Assembly: GCA_009914755.4 (NCBI GenBank)
Contig: CP068257.2
Span: 30,464,001 to 30,528,000, forward strand
Reading direction: 5' to 3'
Length of the DNA stretch: 64,000 nucleotides
DNA from: the human T2T-CHM13v2.0 reference genome, Homo sapiens
Part shown: positions 61,301 to 64,000 of the stretch, one piece after another
Layout: each line of letters begins with the position of its first letter
Position numbering within the stretch: position 1 is the first letter of the stretch
Notes under the pieces: model-generated
What the model saw: only the letters and a program-made list of their open reading frames with translations
The model's database searches: none
What the model was told of the DNA's origin: nothing
Position numbers and translations under genes: made by a program

Positions 61301-62608
61301 GGATTATTGTAGCCAAGAAATAATGATTTCATCTGTATGTAAAAAGTTAGGGTTGAAATGTAGTATTAAGTGTTACACTTTGCCCTTCAAACAATTTTTT
61401 TGCTGCCTTTTTTATTAAAGAGAATTTTATAGCCAGGCCAATTTGTGTGCAATGCTAGTTTTAGGCTTATTATGCTTGCCTGATGATTTGCATAAAATGC
61501 AGCAAGAAATCGACTGGCCATATAGACTTCTTTTAAAGTTGATTTTGCTGAAACTTTACCTAAAAATAGGCTATACTAGTTTCAGTCTTGGTAAAATAAC
61601 CAGTGTCACCAATTGTTAGGAAAAAAAAAACTATTATTGAACTTATGCAGACAACTATATTGCCATAAAATTACAATCTGAATTTTGGAGGATTCAGAAA
61701 GGGAAATTTGCTTACAAAAACATACTTTACCCAAATAATTTAAAAGAAAAAGATTTCCTTGACCCTTTTTTAACCAGAGCAGCAGCTTTGAAAACGAGAT
61801 GTTTGCTTACCTTGGAAATGTCATTTACAAATCAAACAGCTCAGGAGAGCTATTAGGCATTGTGGAATTTAGCAGCTCCTTACAATTAGTTCTAGAAAAG
61901 AGCCTCTCTGCTTATTAGGTAGCAAGATTTTATGTAAACCATTTTTATTTTATTATGGAACTTTTTGGGAAACATTATTTCCATTAATATAGAGGTAGCT
62001 TTAGTTAATATTCCATAGCAAGCCAGTAAATGCCCCATCAAAATACCTCAGTTGTTGTTATTGAAAAGTACTCACAGTTTTTGCCATCAGTCCGGATAAA
62101 TGCTCCACACAAAAGGCTATGCAGTGGAGGATTTACATGAGCAGATTTACATGTCTTCAGTTTTATGGTACTAGAAAGGGGAAAACATCCCCCAGTGAGT
62201 TAGATATAGTACCCACTTTTATAAGACATTTAGGTGAAAGGGGTTACAACTACCTTACATAAAGCTTGTTTAAATATTTCACATTTTATAATTCTATTAA
62301 CCTATATATTTTTATGTTCTGGTCCCAGGAAGCGTTTTTACCCCCAGACCATTTTACCTTTTCTGGAGAAAAGGATTTGGGTTTCCAGCGGGGGGTTGCA
62401 TCTGTGAGATCTATGAGGGATATCAGATTTGATAAGGCTTCTTAAACAGACCTATGATTCTGTGGGAGGGGCACCATGTAAAAGAGACCCCCTTAACCCC
62501 CAAATTGACCATGACCCAGGTAATAGACATATCAGGTGGGAGGATATCCCAGTTATAAAGCTAGTCCAACATGGCTTGCATATGAGAGATATTAACTGCT
62601 TCATCTAG

Positions 62609-63046
<438 letters not shown>

Positions 63047-64000
63047 TGTTTGCTTTTTCAGGAATAAACCTTTGTGCATTAGTGATTGTTCAGTAGTGAG
63101 CTCTGGGTCCTGCAAGCTCTTAAATTTTGTAGCATTTAAAATTAAGAATTTTGTCCTTAAAGTGGTTAAGTGGTTATTTTTACAATTTACTATAGTAAAG
63201 TTTTTTTTTGTTATTGTTGTTGTTGTTTTTAAAGAAGCTAAATGATACCAATCTACAAAGTGGAACAATTCCTTTACATGACACCCTTTGGTTTTAAATA
63301 GTTACTTGGTTTTGCCCTTCCCCCATATCAACTATTTTCTTGGTAACCATGGGGCTCAGAGTTTTGTTGCCCTAGATTGTTTATTTTTTTCATTTAGTTT
63401 TATTTGTATAACTTCCTTTATTATAAAGCAACTCTTAAATAGTTTCTTAACCAAAAAGAAACTTAGATTTTTTTGAGAATTGATACTATGTTTATAAAAT
63501 TTTAACAAAAGCATATTTTATATTTCTACTATTTTAACTGTTTAGTAACCCAAATTTCCAGTGGGGGAAAAGAAAAAACCAGAGGGTTGAACATGACTTT
63601 GAGAATTTTAAATTACTGGAGAGTTTTGAGATTAAATTTACCAAATTAATTTTTACCAAAGATTACCAAGGTCATGTGAATTAAAAGGCATCTGAGCTAG
63701 TGTTTACCAATTTGATAAGCATTTACAATTTTTTAAGTTACTTGATTAGAGCTTTTTCATGTGATTTGGTAGCGAAATATCACTTCCACATGACACATAT
63801 AGAAATAGAGATATAACAGGCATGCAGAATTAAAAGGCAGGTCTTTACTTGTCTGTTTTCAAAAATAATTTTTTTCCTTACTTAGATAATTAGTAAAAGT
63901 TACAGGAGCCAACAAAATGTGAAGGAGAGAGCCATCATTCAAGGCCTTTTCAAAAGAGAAATGGTGGCACTTTAAAGATATCAATCTGAAGAATGTTAAA

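Overview
This window is primate, almost certainly human, nuclear DNA, and it is dense with interspersed repeats. The attribution rests on catarrhine-specific Alu SINEs, including one AluYb8-type copy, plus L1, MaLR LTRs (THE1- and MLT1-type), MIR, Tigger1, MER1 and MADE1. I can place about 21 Alu copies by their diagnostic motifs, such as ggccgggcgcggtggctcacgcctgtaatcccagcactttgggaggc and its reverse complement, and their A or T tails. I also see several old L1 fragments in both orientations, covering ORF1, the ORF2 C-terminus and the 3' UTR. Other repeats present are MaLR solo LTRs, MIR fragments, DNA-transposon relics and one degenerate endogenous-retrovirus pol fragment carrying RNase H and integrase remnants. 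The longest ORF is 161 aa. Every ORF I checked in detail is explained by translating a repeat, a low-complexity tract, or the antisense strand of the ERV fragment, and none of the remaining short ORFs has any support. I cannot support any protein-coding exon, rRNA, tRNA, CRISPR array or prokaryote-style operon. The sequence does not support the premise of a new biological system. The findings of interest are structural: a likely chimeric Alu-L1 insertion, nested insertions, an inverted Alu pair, an unexplained 41-bp direct repeat, an orphan ERV pol remnant and polymorphism-prone repeats. All coordinates are approximate to about ±5 bp. Family names are from memory of consensus sequences, not from a database search.
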